Shown: positions 1 through 10,194, counted from the first letter of the whole stretch. The stretch: 61,594 nt of DNA, filler included, from Stramenopiles sp. TOSAG23-3 (GCA_900128585.1; 14 parts of 14 records of this genome joined end to end with filler, not necessarily neighbours in it); one strand, 5' to 3'. Notes: generated from the letters alone by a model not told the origin. A program made the numbers and translations.

Positions 1-183
1 TGTATGCTAATACCTATCTCTCAACGTCGCTTCATCCGTAATAAACTTATATATTTTATTCAAAATATAGTCGCAATATAATAAAAAAATTGTTGTTGTT
101 GGGAAGAAGAAGAAGGAGGTGGTGGTGTGTTGTTGTTAGACTATTATTATTAATATTGAATTATTGGACTTCTCCTGTACATT

Positions 184-330
184 TTTCTTCTTCTTCTTTC
201 TTCTTCTTCTTTCTTCTTCTTCTTTCTTCTTTCTTCTTTCTTCTTTTATCTTCTTCTTCTTTTATCTTCTTCTTTTATCTTCTTCTTTCATTTTCTTCTT
301 TCATCTTCTTTTCTTTCTTTCTTCTTCTTC
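184..330. repeat. (TTC)n-rich polypyrimidine microsatellite
   Basis: Near-continuous TTC/TTTC units. The short F/S/L-rich ORFs here are artefacts of the repeat. Confidence 0.9.
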
Positions 331-743
331 AACAAAAATAATAAAATATTAATCTCCCCCCCCCGGCGGTTCAGAGTAATACACAGTAGTGTCTAATAAT
401 ATAATTTAAAATAATAATGAAATCTTCTACCAAGAAGGTAGTACGGTAGAGGTATTACAAGGTACCTGTACCGTATAGCAAGCAGAAAGAAGAGGAACAA
501 CCGTTATTAATTTTTAGAAGTAAAAAAGTCGTCCTGGTGTTTTTAATTATTTATTAATACTCTAGATAAAAAACAATTTTTCAGGTTTCGTAATTTCCAA
601 TTCCTGGAAGCATTCCTGGAAGAAGCAACGATCCGTAGAACGGTTATTTGCAGAAGAAAATAGCTCCTACAACTTCCCGAGAAAAATCCTTGCAGGGTAG
701 TAGGCACCGGCAGTGTCACTGTTAAAACGACCCAGCAACTGCA

Positions 744-2349
744 ATGGCAGACTCGGACGAGTCCGACCCGGAAGATATAGACTATGACGAGCTGAATACT
801 TCTAGCGATGAAGAGAAGGAAGAGGAGTTGGACGCGGGGGAACAGAAGTTTTCGCTCGCTGATATTGTAGCGCACAAAGATATTCAACAGCAGATCCAGA
901 AGGGTTTAAGTGAGAAAGAAAAGCTTGCTAACTTACCTGAAGAAATAAGATCTATGCCTGACTACAGCGTAATAAAGCAGGCTCTGGTTCAGCTGTTGGT
1001 GTACAGCTCTGACACACTGTACGGTGTCTACCGACCGGGCGGAATAAAAATTCAAGAACTGACGCTAGCATGTGGGTACTGCAGGACGCTTCCATCAGTG
1101 CGAAACATAATTCTGGCTGGGAACAATATTGGGCCGGACGCGGCCGATCCGATATGCTGGTGCCTGACAAACGAAGCAGTTCGCGCCGTAGACCTGAGCA
1201 ACAACCCACTGACCGACGTCTTGGTGCGGCAGGTTGGAAAGATTTTAAGAATACAGAATGAGGTATTAATACTTAGCAAACACTGTGAGTTTTCCCACGA
1301 GGCTGTTCTCCATAGAGAGGCCGATAAGGTTACAGCAGAAAAAGTCCAGACGAGGGCGGAAGAAAAGTTAGAGAAAGCCGTCGAAAAGCTCGAAAAAGTT
1401 GAGGGGGGGCTTTTACCTCCAAAACTCAAAAAAGTTGAGACACCTTGAAGCCGCTTCTGCCCATATAGACGAATGCGAAGCTGGGCTGAAGCAGAGCAAA
1501 GAGGGCGTCGATCTTTCAAAACAAAAAATAGAGGAGGCCAAAGGGCACTTGCAAGATATGGAAAGTAGACTGGAGGTAAAAATCAACGTGCTAAAGAAAG
1601 CACCGGGGATGAGAGTTTTGCGGCCACAGAGCAGTGAGCGACGGTTGCAGAACATGGTGGGAAGTGGTTGCAAGTTAGAGCGTCTGGTTTTAGGTGGTTG
1701 TCAAATTACAGACATTGGGGGGGCAGAGCTGGCGAAAGCGTTACGAGCCCACGGTTCATTGAAGACGTTAACGCTTTCAGATAACAAACTAACTAGTATT
1801 ACGGCCATTGCGATTGCTGAAAATCTGAAACTCAACACAAAACTCGAAACTTTAGACTTAGGCTTTAACTTGATTGACGACGCTGGCGGGGTCGCACTTG
1901 CGGAGTGGGTCGGTGGAAGTCCGTCCGTCGTGCGGGTTATGCTGAACAAAACCCAAATTGGCAGAGATACGTACGCCGCATTTACCAAAGCAATTAACCA
2001 GCAAATTGATGAGCAAGACGAAGGCAGGTTTCGCATGTTGATGTTGAACGTGGTACCCGACGATGTCAAAATTCCCATGAATTTTAAGGATGCGCTGGTG
2101 GAAGCTGTCAGGGAGTACGAAGACATATTTGATATCAAGAAGTTTATTTTAAACATGGCGGGTGCAGAAAACACTTCAAGGCCTGTACCAATGGAGCTCG
2201 ATTCAAAGTCATCGTTGACACAGAAACTGGAAGTTGATTACAGACCACCGACAGCATTAGCGTTTACCAACGGGACTGCAGGGAGACCAAAAACGGCCAC
2301 CGACCCGGAAGCGGTCAGGTTCGCAGCAAAAAACAACAAACTAATTTGA
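744..2349 (+). CDS. RNI-like leucine-rich-repeat protein with central coiled coil, split into two overlapping ORFs (744-1448 and 1399-2349) by a +1 frame break
   Basis: LRR motifs occur in both halves (IILAGNNIG, VDLSNNPLTD, LVLGGCQITD, LTLSDNKLT, LDLGFNLIDDAGG). The second ORF has no early ATG and a coiled coil runs across the junction. Confidence 0.8.
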
Positions 2350-2360
2350 AACATTTTCTT

Positions 2361-2400
2361 AAAAAACAAGAAAATTGGCTGTTATTTAAGTAATTAAATT
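2361..2400 (+). repeat. Dispersed conserved intergenic element, copy 1
   Basis: AAAAAACAAGAAAATTGGCTGTTATTTAAGTAATTAAATT, starting 12 bp after the stop codon. Matches copies at 37893, 50481 and (minus strand) 57881. Confidence 0.8.
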
Positions 2401-2604
2401 TAGCTTCGTCGTACCCTAATCCTAACTTGATTCTGTAGTGGAGACCATGAACTATCCGGAGCGATATCTGAATTGACATTGCTTGCATATGAACCGTAAT
2501 CAACTTCCTCAACATTTTCTTAAGATTAAACTGAATTAGGTTTAAAAAAAAAATGCTATCGTCGTACGAAGGTGGTATTAAGAATGAAATTGCACGAACA
2601 AAGT

Positions 2605-2640
2605 ACAAAAAATTTGGCGGTTGTTTTTAAGTAATTAAAA
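2605..2640 (+). repeat. Dispersed conserved intergenic element, degenerate copy 2
   Basis: ACAAAAAATTTGGCGGTTGTTTTTAAGTAATTAAAA. Confidence 0.6.
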
Positions 2641-2781
2641 ATTTATCTCTCTGCTTCATATACCGCGAAAGTGAATCTGCTCACCTTTTGTCCATTAAAG
2701 AAGGTTTTCGTTCCTTATTCGTATATCTTTTATGATTTATGAATTAATTAGTTTCCATTTCTAGATCAATTATAAACACAT

Positions 2782-4107
2782 TTACGCATCCTCCCACTCA
2801 AATGAGTACATCCCTATCGCCAATTTATAGCCGAAATCAACCTTGGTCGCATTTGGATTAGAACCGACGGTAGAGTAGCTGGCGTGGTACAGCCGTGCTC
2901 GATTTTTGCTGAACCGATCCGGCAACAAAAATGTAAGCGCTACTTGACCCAAATCGTCCCATTCTCCTCGTGGCGCTGGTTCCACTATTTTCTCTGGAAG
3001 CATATCGAACATTAATGGGCCACTCATGCCGCCTTTATAGAGAGAGCCATAGCTTTCTGCAAAAAACATGCTTTGAAGTCCTGGGATTAGGTCGCCTGGA
3101 AATGCATCGCATGCCGTATTATTGGGAGAAACCGCCCAGTCACACCAAGTGTAAGGCCCTAAAAGGGACTCCGACGCAAACGCCATTCTTCCGCAGGCAC
3201 GTCCTGGCACCCCCGGAACATCATCCGGAATTATTAAAAGCCAATACTTCCTCGGTTGACCGTTACAAGTGTAGCGCTGATCACCTTCAAGAATATGCAA
3301 TCGGTAATCTTCATGCGCTGACGTCGGCGCCCCAGTAAAGTCCACCTTGACGACCCCGAGGCCAAACCAGTCTTCTGAATGCGACGGGTCTTCGATATTC
3401 TTGTTTTCCAATATTGTCACCATACGATGTTGCGATGGCTTTTCAATCCCCGTCACCATAAACAACCTGTCGTCAGCATAAATCAAACGGGCGGACATGG
3501 ACACGCCCTCCACTCCAGGGTGGGACTCTGAAATCAGTGGACCTTTGCACGCCACTGCTCGAACACCATCTTCTGATTGCCAATACCCCTGCGTCCACCC
3601 TGGTTTCTGACCCGTCGTACTGCCCGCCGTGGAAATCAAAAAGATACGGCCGGAAGGCGTTCTGAAAGCGGACGGGTGGGAGAGAAAAGAAATATTCGTT
3701 CCAGGCACGTCACCAGTCTCTGCCTCTACAGCCCATCCGTCAAAGCGCCACAGTTTCCCAGGGAAACCCGGAATAGGCCTTGGTGCAAGGGCAACGTGAA
3801 GGAAATCAAACTTGGATAAAGTAAGGGTCCTTGGGATGTACTGTCGGGCCCACACGATCATGGACAAGCTTTTCGGTGCTCCCCCAGCGCACGAAAATTC
3901 AAAAGTGCCGAGCCGCGATGTCAAGAGAGACAAAGGCGTACATTTTGCTGCATTCGGACCGATCAAGGATACGTTGGCAAGTGGAAGCACAAAAGTGCTG
4001 GACTCAGCAGAGGCAACTGCCCCACGGATAGTAAAACGCTGCGAGGCAGCGCCGGCCAAGATCACATAGAACACGAGGATGGCTAGTCGGCCGTTGGCCT
4101 TCTCCAT
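2782..4107 (-). CDS. Secreted protein: signal peptide, small beta-sandwich, and a probable five-bladed beta-propeller of glycoside hydrolase (GH43/32/130-like) type
   Basis: Signal peptide LAILVFYVILAGAAS. Propeller-type motifs SHPSAFRTPSGRIFL, HEDYRL, MAFASESLLGPY, PAPRGEWDD, LYH...LAIGMY. Confidence 0.55.
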   Translation of the reverse strand: MEKANGRLAILVFYVILAGAASQRFTIRGAVASAESSTFVLPLANVSLIGPNAAKCTPLSLLTSRLGTFEFSCAGGAPKSLSMIVWARQYIPRTLTLSKFDFLHVALAPRPIPGFPGKLWRFDGWAVEAETGDVPGTNISFLSHPSAFRTPSGRIFLISTAGSTTGQKPGWTQGYWQSEDGVRAVACKGPLISESHPGVEGVSMSARLIYADDRLFMVTGIEKPSQHRMVTILENKNIEDPSHSEDWFGLGVVKVDFTGAPTSAHEDYRLHILEGDQRYTCNGQPRKYWLLIIPDDVPGVPGRACGRMAFASESLLGPYTWCDWAVSPNNTACDAFPGDLIPGLQSMFFAESYGSLYKGGMSGPLMFDMLPEKIVEPAPRGEWDDLGQVALTFLLPDRFSKNRARLYHASYSTVGSNPNATKVDFGYKLAIGMYSFEWEDA

Positions 4108-4326
4108 TTCACTCTGAAATTATTGCGGCTTAACGGTTGCCTTCCCTACAATATTTAGCGAGCAGCACACAACCAAAGAGCCCTTAGTGAACAATGGAAG
4201 TGAATTAACGGTGATCGAAGCGTACAACGTTTACCACAGCGTCTACCCAAGCCATTTAATTAAACAAAGAAGCAGATAAAAAAATTTCACTTTTACACAA
4301 AAAATAAAAAAAATATAATAATAGAA

Positions 4327-4426
4327 NNNNNNNNNNNNNNNNNNNNNNNNNNNNNNNNNNNNNNNNNNNNTTAATTAATTAANNNNNNNNNNNNNNNNNN
4401 NNNNNNNNNNNNNNNNNNNNNNNNNN
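4327..4426. other. Artificial contig linker N44-TTAATTAATTAA-N44 (stops in all six frames). Identical linkers start at 8745, 13160, 17575, 21988, 26398, 30806, 35208, 39610, 44009, 48406, 52803 and 57199
   Basis: Thirteen identical 100-bp blocks. The contigs between them never increase in length, running from 4326 down to 4296 bp. Confidence 0.98.
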
Positions 4427-4906
4427 AATTTTTTATAATACTGTACATAGGAAATGAGTACTTGTATTACCTCTTAGGGATAAATGAAAGCAACCTAAGA
4501 ATCTAGTTTTTCTTCCTACAATTGTAGTGTAGATAGATTTACAAGTATGTAAATAAACAAATATTAGATAGGAAAATCTGTTCGGACAACACAATTCAAC
4601 AAAATAACAGGTAATAGCATCAAAAATAAGAAAATCACAAAATCGGAAGAAAAAAAAATACAAAACACGGAAGAAGAGAAGAAGAAGAATCTGAAAATTA
4701 TCCTCCTGTTGTTATTATAATAAATAATAATAATAATCATCAAGAACCCATTTATTTTTTGGTCTGTTTACTCTTTTACTTTTAATCAATATAAATATTG
4801 TTTAAAGAAAGATACGGCGTGTAAAGAAAGAAACATGTTAGGTTACGTTATAGAGTTGCACACTTGCAATCCCCCCTCCCTTTATTAAATACACACACAC
4901 ACAAAA

Positions 4907-6631
4907 ATGGTGGTCTCCGGTGCTTCGAACGATGTATTTGTTCAAGCGTGTTGCTCGTCGTACTACTACTGTGCGGCCGCTGCCCTTGTCACACTGTTTG
5001 TGTTGTATTGTACTCGAATGTGGCACGCTGTCAAAGAGCGCGTTGGCATATGCAACTATTCCTCAGTAGGTGTGGGGGACCGAGCGAGTGATATTTTGTC
5101 GAAAGAAGACGCAAAGTACGTGAAAACGTCTACGAAAATGTTCCGAGACACTGAGAAAAGACAAAAAAATATCTCGAGCTACGAGGGACACGCGAACTTT
5201 GTTTCGGATTTTTTGAGGCAAAAAGTAATCGACGTCGATGGTTTGATGCGACAGAACACACAGAAGCTGTTTTTGTTGCACAGAGAAAGTGGACCGATCG
5301 TCGAAGGAGGCCTCGGCGTGCGAATTACTGTCCAGCTGAACTTGTTTGGTGGCTCTGTCGCGAATCTTGGGAACGAATCGCAACGCAAGTGGTTGCAAGG
5401 GGTTTTCGATCGTGGCGAACTGGGTTGCTTCGCTTTGACAGAGGCGGGCGCAGGAGTACTATCTGGACTGGTGGTAAACACAACCGCAACGTACGTGCCT
5501 GCAACAAAGAAGGGGAAAATGGGCACGTTTGACCTTCATTCTCCAACTTTGAAATCCCGCAAGACATGGATTAGTCAAGGTCTGACAGCAAAGTGGGCAG
5601 TTGTCATTGCCCGATTGATTTTACCGGATAACGTCGACAAAGGCCCCCATGCATTCGTCGTCGACATCAGCGACTCAAAAAGTGGGATATGCAAAGAGGA
5701 CATGCCTTCAAAGACGGATTTCAATGGGCTGGACAATGCAAACATCTGGTTTGACCACGCATCGCTCCCGGCGGATAGCCTATTGAGCGGAGTGTCATAC
5801 ATTACTGGTGATGGGGAGTACAAACTCACGGATCCGAATGTCCCCTTCCGTTTCGTCAATGTTGCGCAGAGGTTGCTTTCTGGCAGAATATGCATTGCTG
5901 GCGCCGCTATCATGCAGTTAAGAAAGGTCTATGATGCCGTCAAATCATATGCCATGAAGCGTGAGATACCGACAGGGAAAGCCTCCTTCACACCATTGAG
6001 CGACATTCCAGTCATGAACGATACCCTGGACGGTATTGATGCCTCGATGTGCGTGTTTCGGCACTTTGTGCGTTCGAACGAAGAATCCTTTATGGGCGAC
6101 GATTCTATCTCCACTGACCTCGTCAACCGCATTGCTTGCGGAAAAGTAGAAATTGTGGGATACTGTATCGATGCAATCTTAGCATTGAAAAAGCGAGTTG
6201 GTTCTTTGTCTTTGCAATCAACTGGCCCGTTTGGTTCCCAAACGGACATTTTGTATGTCTATCGTTTTGCGGAAGGGGACAGTGCGATTTTGCAGCAGAA
6301 AATGACGCGCGATGCATTGAAGCGGATTGGCAGCTTACCTGGGATTCTGCGTGAACTGTTGTCTGTACCGTTTCAGATATTGACAAACAAACATGGACTT
6401 GGTTCCCAACGCGTCCGTTTGTCCATGGCATTGGTACAAATGGCAATTGCCATGATTGGATTGTCTCGGAAAGATAAGATGAAGGCATGGTTCGATGCCC
6501 ACGCCTTGGTCGAGCGCATTGCGAAACTGACAGCGATGCTGACAATTTACGACTCGGTATGTGAACGCGAGGGCTTAAAGGGCACCCGGGAATTGCTTTT
6601 GTTTAAGAAAATCCACCTAGAAACTTTATAA
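4907..6631 (+). CDS. Acyl-CoA oxidase/dehydrogenase family flavoprotein
   Basis: GCFALTE, KTWIS..AVVIARL, GPHAF, FNGLDNANIWFD and the catalytic Glu motif FAEGDSAILQQ. Confidence 0.85.
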   Translation: MVVSGASNDVFVQACCSSYYYCAAAALVTLFVLYCTRMWHAVKERVGICNYSSVGVGDRASDILSKEDAKYVKTSTKMFRDTEKRQKNISSYEGHANFVSDFLRQKVIDVDGLMRQNTQKLFLLHRESGPIVEGGLGVRITVQLNLFGGSVANLGNESQRKWLQGVFDRGELGCFALTEAGAGVLSGLVVNTTATYVPATKKGKMGTFDLHSPTLKSRKTWISQGLTAKWAVVIARLILPDNVDKGPHAFVVDISDSKSGICKEDMPSKTDFNGLDNANIWFDHASLPADSLLSGVSYITGDGEYKLTDPNVPFRFVNVAQRLLSGRICIAGAAIMQLRKVYDAVKSYAMKREIPTGKASFTPLSDIPVMNDTLDGIDASMCVFRHFVRSNEESFMGDDSISTDLVNRIACGKVEIVGYCIDAILALKKRVGSLSLQSTGPFGSQTDILYVYRFAEGDSAILQQKMTRDALKRIGSLPGILRELLSVPFQILTNKHGLGSQRVRLSMALVQMAIAMIGLSRKDKMKAWFDAHALVERIAKLTAMLTIYDSVCEREGLKGTRELLLFKKIHLETL

Positions 6632-6737
6632 GAGACGGTTTAAGTACTGAACAACTGTGCGTTTTATGTATTTCCCTCATAATATCTTAATTCTCTGTTG
6701 AAAAATTAATGCTCGTACTCTTAATTCTTTACGGGGC

Positions 6738-8744
6738 TCACTGTTTTGTCGGCGTGTACGGACTGAAAAAATTGGTGAATGATGATATAACCGTCGCGTT
6801 CGCCTCGTACGATGCCACCCGTTTCACTGTGTCGGCCTCCTGTGGGCTCAGCTTCAAGATTGTTGCAATAGGGTCTACCAATGTGAGGCGCTCTTCAGGC
6901 TCGTCAGTGGCCATGTACTTGTACACACAATTCTTTAAATATTCGAGATTGATCGTAGAGTTCTCGTCTTTTGCTAGCGACTTGTCCCTTGAAATCTGTC
7001 GTCGCATTTCACGAATTTCATCTTTCAGTACCTTCTGTTGCGACAGGTGCAATTCGTTCATTTCTTTTATGTCAGTGTAATCATCCTTCAGAATGTCCAG
7101 CTCCCTCTGAGTGTGTCGCAACTGTTCGCGAAGGGGCTTTCTTGGCCTGAGGTGAAAGTTATCGTCTGTTTTCTCCATTATGTCGTAGCTAGAAGTTTCT
7201 TCGACAACTTTGTTCACAACGGCGGCAAGAACATTCTCTTGCCGACCCGTTTCGTCATTCTCTTCTTTCTCACGTTTTGCGCTGTCTCCAGTTTCCAGCC
7301 CACTGATCTGTGCGGTGGTCATGTTACCATGCAATGCTGGTTCGTTTGTAACATCGACGGCCATCGAAGAAAGGGAAGAAAACACCCCAAAACCTTCGGA
7401 CTGGGGAAGTTCCTCTAGCGAGTAAGTGGGCGTTTGCCTTGGGTCTCCCGCGTCATTTGCTGGGGCCTCGTAACCTTTCAATGCTTCTTCAATTAAATTT
7501 GCGGCCATGGACGCGTCCATGCCGAGCCCCATACTGCTCCTCCAATCGTTAAGGGTTGTGAGTGGCGAGGCATTCTCGCCCTTTGGCGCGTCTGGCGCTG
7601 ATTCTTCCAGGTGTCTCGACTCTGACATTTGTGCATCGTTCTGAAGCAGCTGCTCATTTTCCGCTTGATGCTTCTCAACTTGGTCCTCCAACATGTCAAT
7701 GCGCGACTGCAACGATTCATGTTCCTCTCGAAATTGCTGCTGCGCTGTCTCCTTTTCTAGCACATGCGTCTCTTTAATCGCAATTACTTGTTCTGTTTCT
7801 TCTGACAGCGCCTGTTGCAGCTGTTCTATTTTTTTATCTCCCGCTGTCACTTTCGCTTTCGTTTGTTTCAATACAGATAGTAAATCTTTCAGCTTCGTTT
7901 TGCACTCGGCTAGTTGCGCCTCGGTCTTTTTCACCGACTCCGCGAGTTTTTCCGCCTTAGCTTTATACTCTTCAACACGATGAAGGTCCGATTCTTCCTG
8001 GGCTTTCAGCGCTGCACCTGCCTTTACTTTGTATTGATCAAAATCTGAATTTAACCTATCGTGTGCCTCTTTTAATGCATTATACTTTCCCTCAAATGCT
8101 GATTCGTTTCGATTCTTTGTTTCATGCGACGCCAACATATCCGCGATCTCCTGTTTCAAGCGGATGCACTCGTCGTCTTTGTCCACCAGCTCTTTGTCCC
8201 TGGCAGACCATTTTGATTCCATAGATTCCAATTTTTCTTGCAGGGCGTTTAAAACTTCATTTTCTTGTTCTGTTGACGATTCAAGTTTTGATTTTGCATC
8301 AGCAAAAGCCTTCTGCAGCTTCTTGTAACGATCTGCTAACTTCTTCAACATTTCCTGTTTCCTCTCCAGCCTTTCCTGCGTTTCTGATAACTGCCTTTCA
8401 TTCTCTTCCAAGGATTTTACCAGACTATCCTTTTCTTTCAGCGCTGAGTTTAAATTGGCCCTTATGTCACTTGACTCAGAATTAGACGTATTCATCATTT
8501 CAACAAGTTTTTGATCAGATTGAGTTACTTTTGCAGTCAGAGCGCTGATCGTAGAGAGTGCTTCAGCCAATTGCGATTCTACTTCCTTGGTTTTGCCCTC
8601 CAAGTCTTTGCCAGCTTCCACCATTTCAGAGTTTTTATTGCTCTCGTCTCGCAATGAACTTATTTCCTCCTTCAACTTTCCATTGGCTGCTTCCGCAGTT
8701 GCCAATGCTTCTTTCGTTTGGTTAAGCTTTTTCAATATTTGCTT
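6738..8744 (-). CDS. GRIP-domain golgin (long coiled coil), 5' partial
   Basis: Long E/K/Q heptad region and a C-terminal GRIP signature INLEYLKNCVYKYM...LVDPIATILKLSPQE. The frame is open to the contig edge. Confidence 0.85.
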   Translation of the reverse strand, partial: KQILKKLNQTKEALATAEAANGKLKEEISSLRDESNKNSEMVEAGKDLEGKTKEVESQLAEALSTISALTAKVTQSDQKLVEMMNTSNSESSDIRANLNSALKEKDSLVKSLEENERQLSETQERLERKQEMLKKLADRYKKLQKAFADAKSKLESSTEQENEVLNALQEKLESMESKWSARDKELVDKDDECIRLKQEIADMLASHETKNRNESAFEGKYNALKEAHDRLNSDFDQYKVKAGAALKAQEESDLHRVEEYKAKAEKLAESVKKTEAQLAECKTKLKDLLSVLKQTKAKVTAGDKKIEQLQQALSEETEQVIAIKETHVLEKETAQQQFREEHESLQSRIDMLEDQVEKHQAENEQLLQNDAQMSESRHLEESAPDAPKGENASPLTTLNDWRSSMGLGMDASMAANLIEEALKGYEAPANDAGDPRQTPTYSLEELPQSEGFGVFSSLSSMAVDVTNEPALHGNMTTAQISGLETGDSAKREKEENDETGRQENVLAAVVNKVVEETSSYDIMEKTDDNFHLRPRKPLREQLRHTQRELDILKDDYTDIKEMNELHLSQQKVLKDEIREMRRQISRDKSLAKDENSTINLEYLKNCVYKYMATDEPEERLTLVDPIATILKLSPQEADTVKRVASYEANATVISSFTNFFSPYTPTKQ

Positions 8745-10194
8745 NNNNNNNNNNNNNNNNNNNNNNNNNNNNNNNNNNNNNNNNNNNNTTAATTAATTAA
8801 NNNNNNNNNNNNNNNNNNNNNNNNNNNNNNNNNNNNNNNNNNNNAATCTTTCAAATGTTCTGGGAAATGAAATAGCCGGATCCGAAAGGAATGCGGGACT
8901 AGAGATTGACTTGTTTATACAACACAATAAAACGTAATAATAATAATAAAAAATGTGTAATAAAAAATATAATAATAATAATAATAATTAATAATAATAT
9001 TAAATATAATAATACTTCCTCTTCTCAGGTCTCAGGAGGAGGTCAGTTATTCCAACCGGTTCCGTTGTTCCTTCCGTTGTAAGTAGTGTAGTATGTGTCG
9101 CTTCTGCGTACTTGTTGGTATTAATGTAACATTGTTGTAACACACACAACGATGAAGGAGGCAAGTGAAAATAAAAACGAAGAAATAACGAAATAACGGT
9201 GTTGTTGCCTTGAGATAATATGTAATAGCTAATAATGAAGTTTAGCCCTCAAGCTAGAAAGGAAAACTGCCTATGAATTCCGTACATGGACGCTATGTAC
9301 CCATTAAAAGAACTCAACACCAAACTGTGAGTGAAACTCATTGTAACTCCATGTTGGTGGTGTCTCTCTGGTGCAAATTCAAAAGAATAGTTCAATTAAC
9401 GAGGTGAAAAGAGGAAAGTCTGCAACAATTCTTTCTGAAAGTACCAGTACTATTTCTATGTTAAAGGCATATTACCAACGGTCTCTCACGCCCCCCTTCT
9501 CTCTGTAACGCCATTATTATTATCTGGGTTTCTTTGGAAGAAGAATAAATAATAATAATAATATAAAATATAAAATGACAAAAATATAACAGCTCCTCAG
9601 CAGTGTACAGTAAATAAAAGAAAGAGCACGCCCTCATATTCGATAATTAAGGTAAGTTCTTTATTTATCCGAAATTATCCCTTCGTAGTAATATTTATTA
9701 TAGATTATAGATATTATAAAATGTAGTTTTCCCAATAATACACATTCCCTTAATTTTCAACAACGTCCGTTGTGCGAATGAAATGAGGATCGATCGGCAC
9801 ATATCGATCGATCCCCTCAACTCACATATATAATAATAGCATGGAGAATGAATGTCACTTGCCAACGTAACCGACAGAGGACAGAAATAATAAATTTAGA
9901 TAAGATCAGCATTACATTTTGTAAACTCCTTCCTATTTATTTATAACAAGGCAAGAATGCAAGGCACGGAGAAATTGTTTCAATATAATTATATGTTGAA
10001 TACATAAAATAGTGTTTATTTTATCGATCGATAAATTCAATCATATTTATATACACAATATATAGTATACATTTTTGTTCTGAATTATAATTAGCTTTTA
10101 TTAGTAAAACAAATAAAATTTCCACTCCTATTTTGTTGTAACGTCTGTGTGCTGTATCCCTGTTAATCCATCATATTCAAATGCCGAAGGCAAA

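Noticed and set aside
90-352. Short F/S/L-rich ORFs, and the K/E/R-rich ORFs at 10147-10405 and 33691-33942
   Set aside because: Translations of microsatellite or low-complexity intergenic DNA.
9411-9425. GAGGAAAGTCTG resembling the RNase P/MRP CR-I motif
   Set aside because: I could not find the complementary CR-V/P4 strand downstream.
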